Positions 46,401-58,153 of a stretch of 64,000 nucleotides of DNA are shown in pieces; position 1 is the first letter of the stretch, and every line of letters starts with the position of its first letter. The notes beneath the pieces were generated by a model that made no database searches, was not told where the DNA came from, and was given only the letters and a program-made list of their open reading frames with translations. Both the position numbers and the translations under genes were made by a program. The stretch comes from Mantamonas sphyraenae STR306 (Eukaryota > Protista > CRuMs), in contig JAPMXV010000044.1 of assembly GCA_026936335.1 (NCBI GenBank), positions 372,001 through 436,000 on the forward strand, written 5' to 3'.

Positions 46401-48882
46401 GTTCAAGCTTCTGTTTCTGTGCAACGAATTCAACCAGGGGCCGCCGCTGCTGCGCGACGCAAACGACCGCTACGACGCAGACTTTGACCACGAGAAGGAG
46501 GCGGAGAGCGACAGCGACAGCGACGACGACGACTTTGACTTTTTCCTGCCGGCGTACTCGCGAGCACAGCAGAACCGAGTGGTGCAGGAGGTGCGCTTCG
46601 TCTTTCAGGGCTCGTACGAGGACAGGTACAACGGCTACCTGATGGCCCACCTGAGCACAGGCGACCTGCTCGTCTACCAGGCCTTTATGTTCCCCAAGAG
46701 CGTGCCCAACCACCTGCTCTTTGCGGATTTGGGCGCAAACAGCAGCACCCAGGCTCGCCTGCAAAGCGGCCACTCGCTGCAGCTGCGCTTTTCCAAGGTC
46801 AACCATGGCTTCATCACACGCAATCTGCTCAGTGCAGAGACGCTGACGTCTGGTGTGACCATTTTCGATCAAAACAGCACAAAGACGACTGTGGTGGAGG
46901 AAGGAACAGCCGCTGCCTCCTCCTCATCGTCTTCATCGTCTTCGTCGTCGTCTTCGTCGTCATCGTCGTCGTCTATCCGACTCAAGATGGAGTTGCAGAT
47001 GGAAAAGGAAGCCCAGGGCAACGCCGGCGAAACGGAGCAAGGCGCTGAGATCCGCTATGCTCGTATCTTTCCGTTTGAGGACATCTCTGGGCGGTCGGGC
47101 ATCTTTGTACGTGGCGAGCGATCGGGATGGTTCTATTCGGATCGCAACTACCTGCGCATGCACCCGATGAGCGTGACTGCATACGAAACGTCCAACGAGA
47201 CGATTGCGTTTGCGCCCTTCCACAACGTACTGTGTCCCAACGGCTTTGCGCTGGTCAACTCTCGTGAGGAGTTTCACATCGCACGCATGCCCACAGACCA
47301 GCACTTTGAGACGGGCTGGTCGGTGCGCAAAATCCCCATCGGCCAGACGGTGCGCAAGTTGGCATACCACAGGCCAAGCAAGACGCTTGCGCTGGCTCTG
47401 GCCTCCAAGAAGGAGGTGTGGAACGAAGACTATGCGCAGGACCCAACCAAAGTACCGCTGTACGATGAAGAGCACACGCTTGCGCTCGTGTCGATGGAAA
47501 CGTTTGAGGAGCTGGACCGATTCACGCTGCGCGAAAAGGAGCACATCCTTGCACTCAAAGTGTGCAGTTTGTTTACAGAAAGCGCCGGGGTGGGCCAATC
47601 GCGCATGGACATCATCTGTGCCGGCTTGGGTGTGGCCGAAACCGAGGAGCAATTGATGCGTGGACGCCTCTTGCTGCTCAACGCCACTGAAAAGTCGGTG
47701 GTGGATGTGGACAGCCAAGAAGGCGAGGATGACGAGGGAGGTGAGGAAGGCGAGGGAGAGGGATCTACAGGGGCAGTGGAGGGCGGCGCCAACAACGAGC
47801 AAGTCGGCGAACAGCCCGAGGCAGGTGCACAGGACGTGGAAGAGGTGGAAGTGAAGGATGAAGGAACAGAAAATGAGGATGCGATGGAAGAGGACGACAA
47901 AGCGGCTGCGGATGGTATTTCAGAGACTGCAGAAGGCGAGGGGGAGGAGGAGGAGGAGAAGCAGGAGGCGGAACAGGAGGAGGAGGAGGAGGAGGAGGAG
48001 GCGCAAACCAAGCTTGGATTCCATCTGATGTGCGAAATGGAGCGTGTGGGCCCGGTGACGTGTCTGTGCGAGATCGATGGGTACATCTCGTTCACGTCGG
48101 GCCCCAAGCTGTACATATTCGATTTCCAGAGCGGTGAGTCGCTGACGCCGCGTGCGTTCTGGGATTGCAAGGTGTACGTGGCCACGCTACAGGCCGTCAA
48201 GGGCATCCTGATGATCGGAGACATGTTCCAGAGCATCACAGTGTTGCGGTGGAAGCCGCGACGAAGGCAGCTGGTGGAGGTTGCGCGCGACGTCCAGACG
48301 CTGGTGTTGTACTCGACAGACTTTGTGCTGGAGGATAAGAACATGAGTTTCCTGGTCACTGACAACGGCGGCAACATGCAGCTGCTGTCGTATGCGCCGA
48401 ACAAGGTGGAATCGCGTGGTGGCTTGCATCTCGTGCGTCTGGCCGATTTCCATTTGGGGTCGCTCGTGACGCGACTGCTGCGCATGCGAACCAAGGTGCT
48501 GCACGTGAACCAGTTGACTACGACCACGCGTGTGCATTCGCGGCAGCAAGTCAACTTTTACAGCACCGTGGACGGCGGCATCGGCATCATTGTGCCTCTG
48601 AGCGAGCGCACGTTTCGCAGACTCACAGCGTTGTACTCAAAGATGGTCACTGCATTGCCGCACCACGCAGGTCTCAACCCGGTGGGTTTCCGCGCCTTTC
48701 GCAACAACAAGCACAACGTGCGTGCAAAGCGCCGCAAGAACATCGTCGACGGCGACCTGTTGTACAAGTACATTGGGCTGGAAGCCAACACACAGCGCAT
48801 GCTCGCTCGCCAGGTGGGTTCCACGCCGGAGAACATCATCAACAACCTGTTGGAGATGGAAATGGCAACCGCGTTCTTTTGA
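43432..48882 (+). CDS. CPSF1: Cleavage and polyadenylation specificity factor subunit 1 (CPSF160)
   Basis: Exons 43432-43701, 43835-43915, 44023-48882. Motifs RVDPQNRC, DVQFLHGYFQPTFLILYE..QTWAGR, FAPFHNVLCPNGF, LPHHAGLNP.GFR, NIVDGDLL. Confidence 0.95.
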
Positions 48883-48916
48883 GCTGAGCAGATTGAAAAA
48901 ATTGCAGTTCATTCCG

Positions 48917-49759
48917 TCACTCCTCCTTCTTCTTGCCCATGATTGAGGTCTTGTGCATGTCCATGCAGGAGCATTGTGTGTGCTCGACGCTCTGGATGGC
49001 CTTTGCGAGGACCTTTGCGGCGTTGTCTGCATTGTCCCTCATGGTCTTCATGACGGTGTCGACGTCGACAAATTCCATGCCGTCGCCATGCCAAGAGTCG
49101 TAGTCGGTCACCATGGCGAGGGCGGCGTAGCAGAGGCCTCGCTCGCGTGCGAGGACAACCTCGGGTACAGTGGTCATGTTGATCACGTCGCCACCCAGTA
49201 CACGGAACATTTTGGACTCGGCGTGGCTGCTGAAGCGCGGTCCCTCGATGGTGACCATGGTGCCCTGGGTGTGGTGGGTTACGTCCAGCTCAGCGCAGGA
49301 GGCGGCGAGGATGTCCCGCAGCTTGGCACAAAAGGGTTGGCCCATGGGGATGTGGCAGATCTGACCCTTGCCAAACTCGGCGTCGTAAAAGGTTTGCTTG
49401 CGTTTGGTGGTGCGGTCGATGAACTGGTCGATGACGACAAAGTGGCCAGGTTCCATAGCCTCGCGGAGGGAGCCGCAGGCGGTGGCCACCAGCAGGTGTG
49501 TGCAGCCCTCGTTGGCCAGGGCGTCGACATTGGCCCGGTAGTTCACCTCGGAGGGCATAATGGAATGGTCGTAGCCATGGCGAGCCAGCAGCACCACGGG
49601 CGTGTCTCCAACGAGTCCGCATTTGAGCAGCGACGACGGCTCGCCGTACTCCGAGATGCCCTCCTTCTCCTCCACCACCTCAAACACCTCGGATTGCTCC
49701 AGGCCCGTCCCACCAATGATTCCAATTTTGATTTGTTTGTCCGTGTCTGTCTCACTCAT
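48917..49759 (-). CDS. MTAP: S-methyl-5'-thioadenosine phosphorylase
   Basis: KIGIIGGTGL, LLARHG, TACGSLRE, DQFIDRT, TIEGPRFSS, VINMTTVPEV, MVTDYD. Confidence 0.96.
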   Translation of the reverse strand: MSETDTDKQIKIGIIGGTGLEQSEVFEVVEEKEGISEYGEPSSLLKCGLVGDTPVVLLARHGYDHSIMPSEVNYRANVDALANEGCTHLLVATACGSLREAMEPGHFVVIDQFIDRTTKRKQTFYDAEFGKGQICHIPMGQPFCAKLRDILAASCAELDVTHHTQGTMVTIEGPRFSSHAESKMFRVLGGDVINMTTVPEVVLARERGLCYAALAMVTDYDSWHGDGMEFVDVDTVMKTMRDNADNAAKVLAKAIQSVEHTQCSCMDMHKTSIMGKKKEE

Positions 49760-52700
49760 CCCTCGTCGATTTGCAGTGCCTGCGTTGCCGCGGTGGCAAA
49801 CGTGGCTGCCATGCGTAGGCCCTTGGCTTCCATCACATCCAGAATGTCCTCCAGATCCATCGTGGACATCAGTCTGCGCTTCGGCGTGTACACATGCTTC
49901 AAGTCGACCAGCGGGGAGCCCGAGGCGACGGCCGCACGCACCACGCGCACAAAGGCCATCCACAGGTGCAGGTTCCAGGGAAGGCGTTGCACGGCACGGA
50001 AGGCTGCCTTTGTGGCGCGTTCGTACTCGCCTTGGTTGGTTTCCCATTCCACATAGCGATGCCACAGGTCCGCATCGTGCTGGCCATACTCGGAGAGCAG
50101 AGCGCGATCAAAGGCAGCCCGAATGCGAAGCTGAGTGGCACTCGTGACACCCACCACAGATGATGAAGAAGATGCCAATGCAGATGATGGAGTGGAAGAT
50201 GTGATGAGGTGATGCAGCTGAATATGCCAGGGCAGCGCGGATGGATGTCTGCGTGCCGATGCATCAAACAATGGCTGGAGGCGAGTGGAGAAGCGCGACA
50301 GGCGTCTCTCAATGTCAATGTACACGCGCATGAGATAGGGATGCGCTGGATAGGATTTCAGGGCCCTGTGGAGCAGAGGACGCACTTGCGTGCCGTGGTG
50401 TGCGCAGTGGTGGGCCACAGCGAGTTCGATCTCGGCCACCTGCAGCCTTTGTCTCAGCGAGGCCGGCGACCAGGCACACACAGCAACGCCAGTGTCACTC
50501 AAGCGGTCCAATGAGTCCGAGGGCCGTCCGTAGAGTGTGTCGAGATGGGCGATGGCTTTGGCCAGCACGCTGCTGGCCATGCGCAGGTCTTTGCACACGA
50601 GGTACTCGAACCAGGCATGGCACAGGCAGGCGTAGGCCCACGCAAGGCCATGTGTGTGGAAGGGCTCGTCTTGAAGCTCGTGGGTGCGTTGGACAAAGCC
50701 CGCGCGAGCAGCGAGGATGTTGTTGCTTGCAGGCCAGGCCTGCGGATCCATCTCTGCTGGCAAGGCATCCATCTGCTCCGATCCACACGTACACAGCAGT
50801 TGGACGGCACAGGAGACACGAGAGCGGTCCAACTCGGCCATGGCGGCTGCGTAGGCGAGATGGAAGCCATCGCGAGAGTTGGTCAAGGTGCCACAGGTGC
50901 GCATCGCAGCCACAAACACCTTGCTGCTCTCTGTATGGACCGCGTCTGCGTTGTTGGAAGCGTCATCAACCTCGCCAACGCCTGCCATGCGCTGTGCAGA
51001 CGTGGTCAGAGCGGTTGCGTAGGCCGTCCAGAGCGGAATGGCTGATCGATGCGTCTTGAGGATTTGCCTTCCCAGGTCCCGCACCTGGGCCACGGGCTGC
51101 GTCAGCGCCACTGCACGCAACGCAGCTGCACCCAACCAGTGCATGCGTTCATCTTCCATGGCGTCGCTGTGGCAGGCCAGCGTTGTGAGTGCGTGCGCGG
51201 CAAACTCACGCAGCCGCTGTGCGAGCTTGCCGTTGGATTCCACTGAGGTCTGCATGCAGATGCGCTGCTCCAGCACACGTGTGGCATCGCGACTCGTTTG
51301 CAGCAGCTCTGCATAGTCCAGGCCGACGTCTCGACCGATGCTGTGTGCATACAAGTTGCCGTTGTCCTCATCCAGACCCGCTAGGCGGGTCAAGGCGAGC
51401 ACCAGGTAGGAGCGAGCCCAACCATGTTTCAGTCTCCACAGACAGTCGCGCACGTCTGCAAACATGACCACGGCATCCAAATCGTCTGCGTTCTGCTGTG
51501 GCAGCGTGTGCGTTTGCTGAAACTGCTCCTCACCCTGCAACCAATGCACAAACAGCTGCCGGTATTCGCCCTCCTCCGCCTCCAATGCCTCTTCCATCTC
51601 TCGCACCTGGACACTGCGTGTCTTGTCCTTGCGCTCGTGCATGTGCTCCACATGCTCCATCATCCCCAGCTGGATCACTCGCTCGTGCTCACGTCGCCCG
51701 GATCCCCCGCTCTCCTCGTTGCCAGTTCCCATGTCCTCTGTTTCCATACCACCTGTGGACTCGGCCAGCAATTGTTCGATTTCCAATTCCACCAGTGCCT
51801 GGCGTGCATCGATCTGGTCCCGTTGCCATTGTGCCCATCCCTGTGCGTCTGGATGGCCCACCCGCGGCACCTCAAGCTCCCAGAAAGCCTCCAAATGCTC
51901 CATGAGCACGTTGTGTTCCAAGGTTCCCGTCGTCGCACCCTGCAGCTGTGTCGGGGCGAGCAAGTTCAGTTCGATCATGCCCTGCATCATGCCCAATGCT
52001 CGTTCCCTGTACCCGGCCTGGAATTCCATGTGCACCCAGCGGAGAAACAGATGCAGCATCGCTTCTTCGGTGTCTCTGTGTGCCTGTTTGTCCTCGCCAT
52101 TGTCGTGCTCGCGCAGCGTACGCAGAGCAAGAGCAAAGTACCTGCGCATGTCCCCTGCGGTGAATGTGGCCATCTGTGACAGCCGGTAATCTACATACGA
52201 ACACCACATGCTTCCGTTGTGTTTGTGTGGTTCGATGTCCAGCAGCAGGTGCCACAGGTCGGCCACTTTGCGTGGCGACCACACCTGCTTCACCGTGTTC
52301 AGGTATCCGGACACAAGTGCACTCGACGTCGGATTCAACTTGATGGCCCGTTCGTACAGTGCAATCTGTCGTTCCACGATGCCCCGTTTCTTCAACAGTC
52401 CTTCAAACTGGTCGAGGGCCTGGATGTACTCCTGCCACACGTCCACCTGCCGCCCATCTCGCTCCAGACGCCGATTGTACTCTGCCGTCAATGCCATCCA
52501 CTCTGCCTCCATGCGTTCTTGCGGCGTGCTCACCTGTTCCTCGTCTGCATTCCTGTTCCGTCGCTGCAGCAGCTCGTCTTCCGACTCGCCGTCGCCCCGG
52601 CGGAAAAACACATTGCCGTGTGCGTCTGTGCGTGGCATATCCTCGTCATCGCTGTCCAATGCCTCCACATGCTCAATTGCCTCCACCTCCCGCAATCGGT

Positions 52701-53097
52701 TGCGCCGGTCGGGCTTCCACAGGGCGCTGTGGTTGTAGTAGCGATCAAGCGACGCGCTCTTGCGCACGTGTGTCCGTGTGCTGCGGCCCTGTCTACCCAC
52801 AGCCCCTCCCTTCCACACAGTGTACTTTGGCACGTGGGCGGCCTCCAAAGCATACAGTGCGTCCTCGTCGCCTCGTGTGTTGACGAACCAGGCGTCGTCG
52901 TCGTCATTGTCGTCCACTCGTCGCTGCCTGTCCCTGTGCTTGTGCTTGTGTCTCTGTTTATGTTTGTGCCTGTGCTTGTGTTTGTGCTTGGGTTCTGTCG
53001 AGTCCTGGCTTTGAGCCCCTGCTGGTCGCCCACCCACCTGGTCCAGCTGTGCCCTGATCGAAGCCGAGCTCGGGGCACTGGCAAACCTCCGCGACAT
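49756..53097 (-). CDS. NRDE2: NRDE2 nuclear RNAi/splicing factor (HAT-repeat)
   Basis: EYNRRL....QVDVWQEY, ALYERAI..NP, QAGYRERALGMMQGMIELN, FWELEVPRVG...AQGW, D.VVMFADV, AVQRLPW. Alternative start at 53139. Confidence 0.88.
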   Translation of the reverse strand: MSRRFASAPSSASIRAQLDQVGGRPAGAQSQDSTEPKHKHKHRHKHKQRHKHKHRDRQRRVDDNDDDDAWFVNTRGDEDALYALEAAHVPKYTVWKGGAVGRQGRSTRTHVRKSASLDRYYNHSALWKPDRRNRLREVEAIEHVEALDSDDEDMPRTDAHGNVFFRRGDGESEDELLQRRNRNADEEQVSTPQERMEAEWMALTAEYNRRLERDGRQVDVWQEYIQALDQFEGLLKKRGIVERQIALYERAIKLNPTSSALVSGYLNTVKQVWSPRKVADLWHLLLDIEPHKHNGSMWCSYVDYRLSQMATFTAGDMRRYFALALRTLREHDNGEDKQAHRDTEEAMLHLFLRWVHMEFQAGYRERALGMMQGMIELNLLAPTQLQGATTGTLEHNVLMEHLEAFWELEVPRVGHPDAQGWAQWQRDQIDARQALVELEIEQLLAESTGGMETEDMGTGNEESGGSGRREHERVIQLGMMEHVEHMHERKDKTRSVQVREMEEALEAEEGEYRQLFVHWLQGEEQFQQTHTLPQQNADDLDAVVMFADVRDCLWRLKHGWARSYLVLALTRLAGLDEDNGNLYAHSIGRDVGLDYAELLQTSRDATRVLEQRICMQTSVESNGKLAQRLREFAAHALTTLACHSDAMEDERMHWLGAAALRAVALTQPVAQVRDLGRQILKTHRSAIPLWTAYATALTTSAQRMAGVGEVDDASNNADAVHTESSKVFVAAMRTCGTLTNSRDGFHLAYAAAMAELDRSRVSCAVQLLCTCGSEQMDALPAEMDPQAWPASNNILAARAGFVQRTHELQDEPFHTHGLAWAYACLCHAWFEYLVCKDLRMASSVLAKAIAHLDTLYGRPSDSLDRLSDTGVAVCAWSPASLRQRLQVAEIELAVAHHCAHHGTQVRPLLHRALKSYPAHPYLMRVYIDIERRLSRFSTRLQPLFDASARRHPSALPWHIQLHHLITSSTPSSALASSSSSVVGVTSATQLRIRAAFDRALLSEYGQHDADLWHRYVEWETNQGEYERATKAAFRAVQRLPWNLHLWMAFVRVVRAAVASGSPLVDLKHVYTPKRRLMSTMDLEDILDVMEAKGLRMAATFATAATQALQIDEG

Positions 53098-53198
53098 CGA
53101 CCTGTCTCCCACTGCGCAACACAATGAACGATCGGGCATACATTGGGATGGCGTGTGACGATCTATTCGGCAGTTCTGCAGTCTGTATTTGCCAGGAT

Positions 53199-55675
53199 CT
53201 ACTGGCCGACGCGCTGTCTTTTGGCTCGCGTCAGTGCCTCCAGCACGCGCTTGCTCTCACTGAGTCCGCCACCATCTCCGCCATCAGCCACACTGCTGCT
53301 GCTGCTGCCATCCATGCCTGCGTCGAGGTCGTCCAGATCCAAATCCAGCTCAAAGTCGTGCAGGGCTGACAACTCGACGTCCTTCCTGTTGTGCGCGTTG
53401 TCCAATGCATCGTCCTCGTCGTCCTCATCCAATGCCTCCAGCCCACGCTTCTTGCTCTTGGACTGTGCTGCCTTCTTGTTGGCCTCCTCCTCCTTCTTTT
53501 TGGCCTCCTCGGCTGCCTTTTTGCTGCTCGCTGCCTTGGCATCCGTGCTGTCTGTGCTGCTCGATCGTGTCTTGCTGGTCGACCACAACACGCGAGGGCG
53601 TGTTTGGCGACGTGCAAACGCATCGTCCTCCGGGTTGGCTGCCGTGCCGTCCTTCTTGGCACGCGCCACCTCCAGATCCGCCATTGCATTCAGTTTCTTG
53701 TTGCGTTCGTTCAGCTTTGCCATGGCCACAGAAGATTGCGTGCTCTCTGCCTCTCTCTGCCTCCGCTCCATCTCGTCCAGGTCCATCAGCTGCTTCACCA
53801 ACTTCTCTGTCTTTTCTTCGTCGTTCTCCTTGCGTGCCTCGGCCAGTTCCGCCTGCAAACGCACCCTATCCATGGCCACTCGCCCTGAGTACTTGCCCTT
53901 CTCTCGGTTCTGTGCCACTCGCTCCTGCAGGTACTCGTCCGTGTACTCAAAGTTTCGGAAGCGCTCCAGCTGCTCCACCACCCTGTCCACGTCGACACGA
54001 CGCCACTGACGAGCGTCGGGCAGCGTCGACTTGGCTGTTGACGACTTCCACTTGCGCACCTCTTCGTCTGTGGCCTTGCTGTTGCTCGCGTAGGTCAGCT
54101 TGAAGTACTTATGGTGGTCGCCGTGCACACAACCCATGCGTCGTTTGGTCGTGCGTTTGCTCACCACCAGCTCATACGACGGTCCCATCTCTTTGATCTT
54201 GCGGATCTTGCACAGTCGATACACAGGCTGGCCTTCTGCGTTCTCACCCACGCTCACACGCACCAGGGCACCCTCCACGGCCTCGGCAAAGAACGGCTCG
54301 TTTTCCCACTTTTCCAGCTCGTCACGGCTCAGCTGGCACTGGCGCAGCATGTCTGCATCTGCTTCAGGACCCTGTGCCTCTTCTGCTGCACGCGCACGTT
54401 CTGCCGCTCGCTCCGCACGCAGTCGTTCCTTTTCCCGCGCCGCCTCCTCCTCCTTCTTCTCTTCTGCCTCCCTTTCGATCTTGCCTTGCATAAACTGCTG
54501 TGCACCGCGCTTGCGCACGTCCAGCGTGTAGTTGGCTTTCTCTGCAGTGGGTGCGACAACGCGGTGTCAGTAGGCGACGGCGTGTGGGGCCCTTCAAAAC
54601 GCGTCGTGCCTCGTCGGCATGTGTGACGCACGGATCCAACGTCGCCTCCGACGCTGTGAGACAAAAACGTACTGTGTTGCCGCGTGCGCTGAGCAAGTTT
54701 CCTCCTCTTGTTGAACATGTCCTCCGCTGCCGCTCGCTGTTCCAAACGGTCGGCCAGGATGGACTCTCGCTCAAACTCGGGCATCTTCATCAGGCTGTGT
54801 GATCACAGGTGTGTCCGTCAGCCAACCCTCACACACACACACATGGTTCTGCAATTCGCGTGCCGCCTCGCCTGTGCATGGTGTCACACTCTCCCCCAAC
54901 CAGCCCTTTGACGGGCTGTGTGCAGCAACGTACGCTTGGTAATCTGCCTCGTTCTCGAAACCCTGGATGTCGTACTTGTGGCTGAACTCTTGCTCCCAGT
55001 CCTCCTCGTCATCCGAGTCGCCATCCGAGTCGTCGTCCGAGTTGCTGCGGGGACAACCATACCCCCCAAGTAGTCATGCGCGTGCATGTGTGTGTGTGCG
55101 TGTGTGTGTCAGAGAGAGTGCTGCCCTCGCGTGCAAACTGCGTCTCGAGGCACGGCGATGAGCCCTCCCTCACCTTCTGTGCTTGGTTCGCTTCTTCACA
55201 GGGACAAACGAGCCCTTGCCCGACTTGGAGCCACGGTTTCCTGTGCCTGTTCACGCATAATTGTGTTTGCGTGTGTGTGAGTGTGAGTGTGGACTGTAGT
55301 GTGTGCCTTTGGCAGTGCTCGAGGCGAAAACGGCGCGCTGCTGCAAAACCCACCCAGCGTTTCCTCGTAGTCACTGTCCTCGTCCGACGACGAAGCAAAC
55401 TCCTGGTCAGACTGCGAGCAACCCATCGAGCCAACACAGTCGCGGCGCGGGTGCAGATGTCGTTTGTGGGCGTGTCCATGGCGGCAGCAGAAAGTGTCAG
55501 CACCTGAGCGCGCAGATCCCACCTGCTCGACGCCAACTTACGTCGTCCGAGTCGTCTTCGAGCTTGGCACGGCGGGACTGCGTACGACGCAAAGAGCCAC
55601 ATGGAAGGAGCGTCAGCATGGGTCATGAAAGGAGGGGGGCGGGTGCGGGTGGGTGGTAGGAACACGGGTTACCAT
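53199..55675 (-). CDS. RTF1: PAF1-complex factor RTF1 (Plus-3 domain), 581 aa, 7 coding exons
   Basis: Exons 55675-55673 (ATG only), 55577-55542, 55411-55354, 55246-55174, 55044-54934, 54794-54673, 54541-53199, all phases compatible. LMKMPEFERESIL; Plus-3 LSRDELEKW..EPFF...V.GALVRV..G...PVYRLC; D.FARRQTRP; LSALHDFELDL. Confidence 0.92.
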
Positions 55676-55715
55676 CGTCGGTGGGGGGGAGCCAGTTGGC
55701 TCGCCGGACGCGCCA

Positions 55716-56270
55716 ATGAGAAAGCGAGGGAGGTGGGAGATTGCACGCGACGGCGTTGTGGATGAAGACATGGATGCATGTGAAGAGGAGGACTCGGAGT
55801 GGGAAGAGGAGTTGGAGGAAGACCGCCAGGGCTGGATGCGGCCCGTTGACGGGTCGTTCCCGCGCAAACGCCACGCATCGCGCAGGGAGGTCGACCGCAA
55901 CATTCGCATTTTCACACACAGTGCTTCAGACCATTCGCCTTCCTCTGTACATACGCTTGGTGAGGACTCTTCGGAAGAGCTGGAGCTGGACGACAGGTTT
56001 CAGTCCGGCGCTGATGCGCACGTGCAGAACCCAAACCAGCATTGGCAGCCCTATGGACACAGTATGGCGTACAACGACACACAGCAGCATAATACCAATG
56101 GCCACAGCGACGACGACGACGATGAGGATGCCATGGATGCAGAGACTCTGCGGTCGCCTCAGCAGGGGTTTGGTGTGCCAAGGCCACATTCTGCGCCTGT
56201 CGACTCTATCAGACACAAACGAGACACACCCATCGCCCGACAGCTGCGCATGATGATGTCCAAACGGTAG
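55716..56270 (+). CDS. Hypothetical disordered acidic protein, 184 aa
   Basis: ORF fills the gap between RTF1 and ACAD8; no recognisable domain. Confidence 0.55.
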   Translation: MRKRGRWEIARDGVVDEDMDACEEEDSEWEEELEEDRQGWMRPVDGSFPRKRHASRREVDRNIRIFTHSASDHSPSSVHTLGEDSSEELELDDRFQSGADAHVQNPNQHWQPYGHSMAYNDTQQHNTNGHSDDDDDEDAMDAETLRSPQQGFGVPRPHSAPVDSIRHKRDTPIARQLRMMMSKR

Positions 56271-56307
56271 AGAGGGAGTCCAAGTGAGAGGGAGAGAGCA
56301 CTGAACT

Positions 56308-58087
56308 TTACTCGGCCACCAGGCTGCGACCCACAATCAGCCGCATCACTTCGTTGGTGCCCTCCAAAATCTGATGCACTCGGGTGTCGCGCAGGTAGCG
56401 TTCGATGGGGTAGTCCTTGAGGTAGCCGTAGCCGCCAAAGAGTTGCAGGGCCTCGTTGCACACGCGGAAGCCAACGTCTGTGGCAAAGCGTTTGGCCATG
56501 GCAGCGTGCACAGTGGCACTGGGGTGGCTCTCGTCCAACATTTGTGCGGCACTGCGGATCATGAGACGTGCAGCCTGCAACTCGGTGGCCATGTCGGCCA
56601 GTTTGAACTGGGTGTGCTGGAACGAGGAAATGGGCTTGCCAAACTGCTTGCGCACATTGGTTTGCTCCAGTGCCGCCTCCAGACACGCTTGAGCAGCACC
56701 GACGCTGCACGACGCAATGTTGATGCGTCCTCCGTCCAGTCCCTTCATGGCAAACTTGAACCCTTCGCCCTCTTCACCCAGCCGGTTCTCCACAGGCACT
56801 CGGCAGTTGTCAAAGAACACTTGCCGTGTCGGCTGCGAGTTCCACCCCAGCTTCTTCTCCTTGCCACCAAAGTCCAGTCCCTCTGTGCCCTTCTCCACAA
56901 CCACGGTGGAGATGCCCCGCGGTCCTCCCTCGCCCGTGCGCACCATCACCACGTACACGTCCGTGTCACCACCGCCCGAAATGAAAGCCTTGGAGCCGTT
57001 GAGCACGTAGTGGTCCCCGTCGCGCACGGCTGTCGTCGCCAGCGACCCTGCGTCCGACCCTGCCCCGGGTTCCGTCAAGCAGTACGAGGCAAACGTCTCC
57101 ATGCTTGCCAGCGACGGCAACCAACGCTCCTGCTGCTCTGCGTTGCCAAACTTGCCGATCATCCACGCGCACATGCTGGGTGTAGTGTGGGTGTGGGGGT
57201 GGTTGTGGACGAAGGGGGCGAGGGGGGGGGGTTAGTGGTGTCAGACCCTAAAACGCTGTGTTGTGTCACCATCACTCACTTGTGGATGCTCATGTACGCC
57301 GTCGTGGACGTGCAGCTCTGTGACAGGGCTTCGTAAATCAACGAAGCGTCCACACGGCCCAGGCCTGTCCCATACGGCTCGTCCACGTAGATGGCTGTGG
57401 GTTGCGTTCCGACGACCCACCCACGAAAGCAGAGTGTCAGCCTGCCAGTCTGCTGCCGAGTGACCCTTCCCATCACCATTGCTCTCACTTCTCCTCTCAT
57501 CATTTCCCCAACTTTGCCCCATTCCCCTTGTCCTTCCTCCCTGCACATACCTCCAAACCCGAGCCCCGCTGCCTCACGCATGACCTCCACCGGAAACACC
57601 TCGTCCCGGTCCCACTCTGCTGCATGTGGCAGCATGTTGTCCTTGCCAAACCGCAGGGCCATTTCATAAAAGTCTCGCTGGTCTTCTGTCAGGCCGTGCA
57701 CCACTGTGTCCCACCAAACCATCGTGTGTGTGTGTGTGTGTGTGTGTCAGAGTCCAGCCCCTTGGCCGTCGGCCACACCTTTATCTCTCCCCACTTCATT
57801 CCCCGGTCCCCCTCCGCTTCCTGTGGCATCCGACCAAGCATTCCCCATTTTGCTCGAGACGTTTGCCGCATCCTCTCGCTCTGTGCATTCCGCCCGCTCG
57901 CCAATGTCTCGCCAATGTCTCGGCAATCGCTCTTCAAACAAGACAAAAACGATCGGAGCAACTCACCGTCCACCGCAGCTGCGGCATAGCCACGTCGCCC
58001 CAGCTCGACATGTCCGCTTCTCCCCACACTGCTTGCCATGTTCAAGGTCGACATGACACCTGCACTCGAGATTCTTCGGGAAAACAT
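56308..58087 (-). CDS. ACAD8: Mitochondrial isobutyryl-CoA dehydrogenase
   Basis: Exons 58087-57967, 57703-57551, 57394-57280, 57175-56308. [53 protein letters not shown]; presequence-like N-terminus. Confidence 0.95.
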
Positions 58088-58153
58088 TTTGGGGATTGTT
58101 TGCGCTGCTCGCGCCAGCGCCGACCGCACTGCACACACCCACACACCACCGCA

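Noticed and set aside
48917-49759. MTAP as a bacterial horizontal transfer (intronless, ATGA overlap)
   Set aside because: The sequence resembles eukaryotic (animal-type) MTAP, for example CHIPM..PFC and GTMVTIEGPRFSS, and several neighbouring genes are also intronless.
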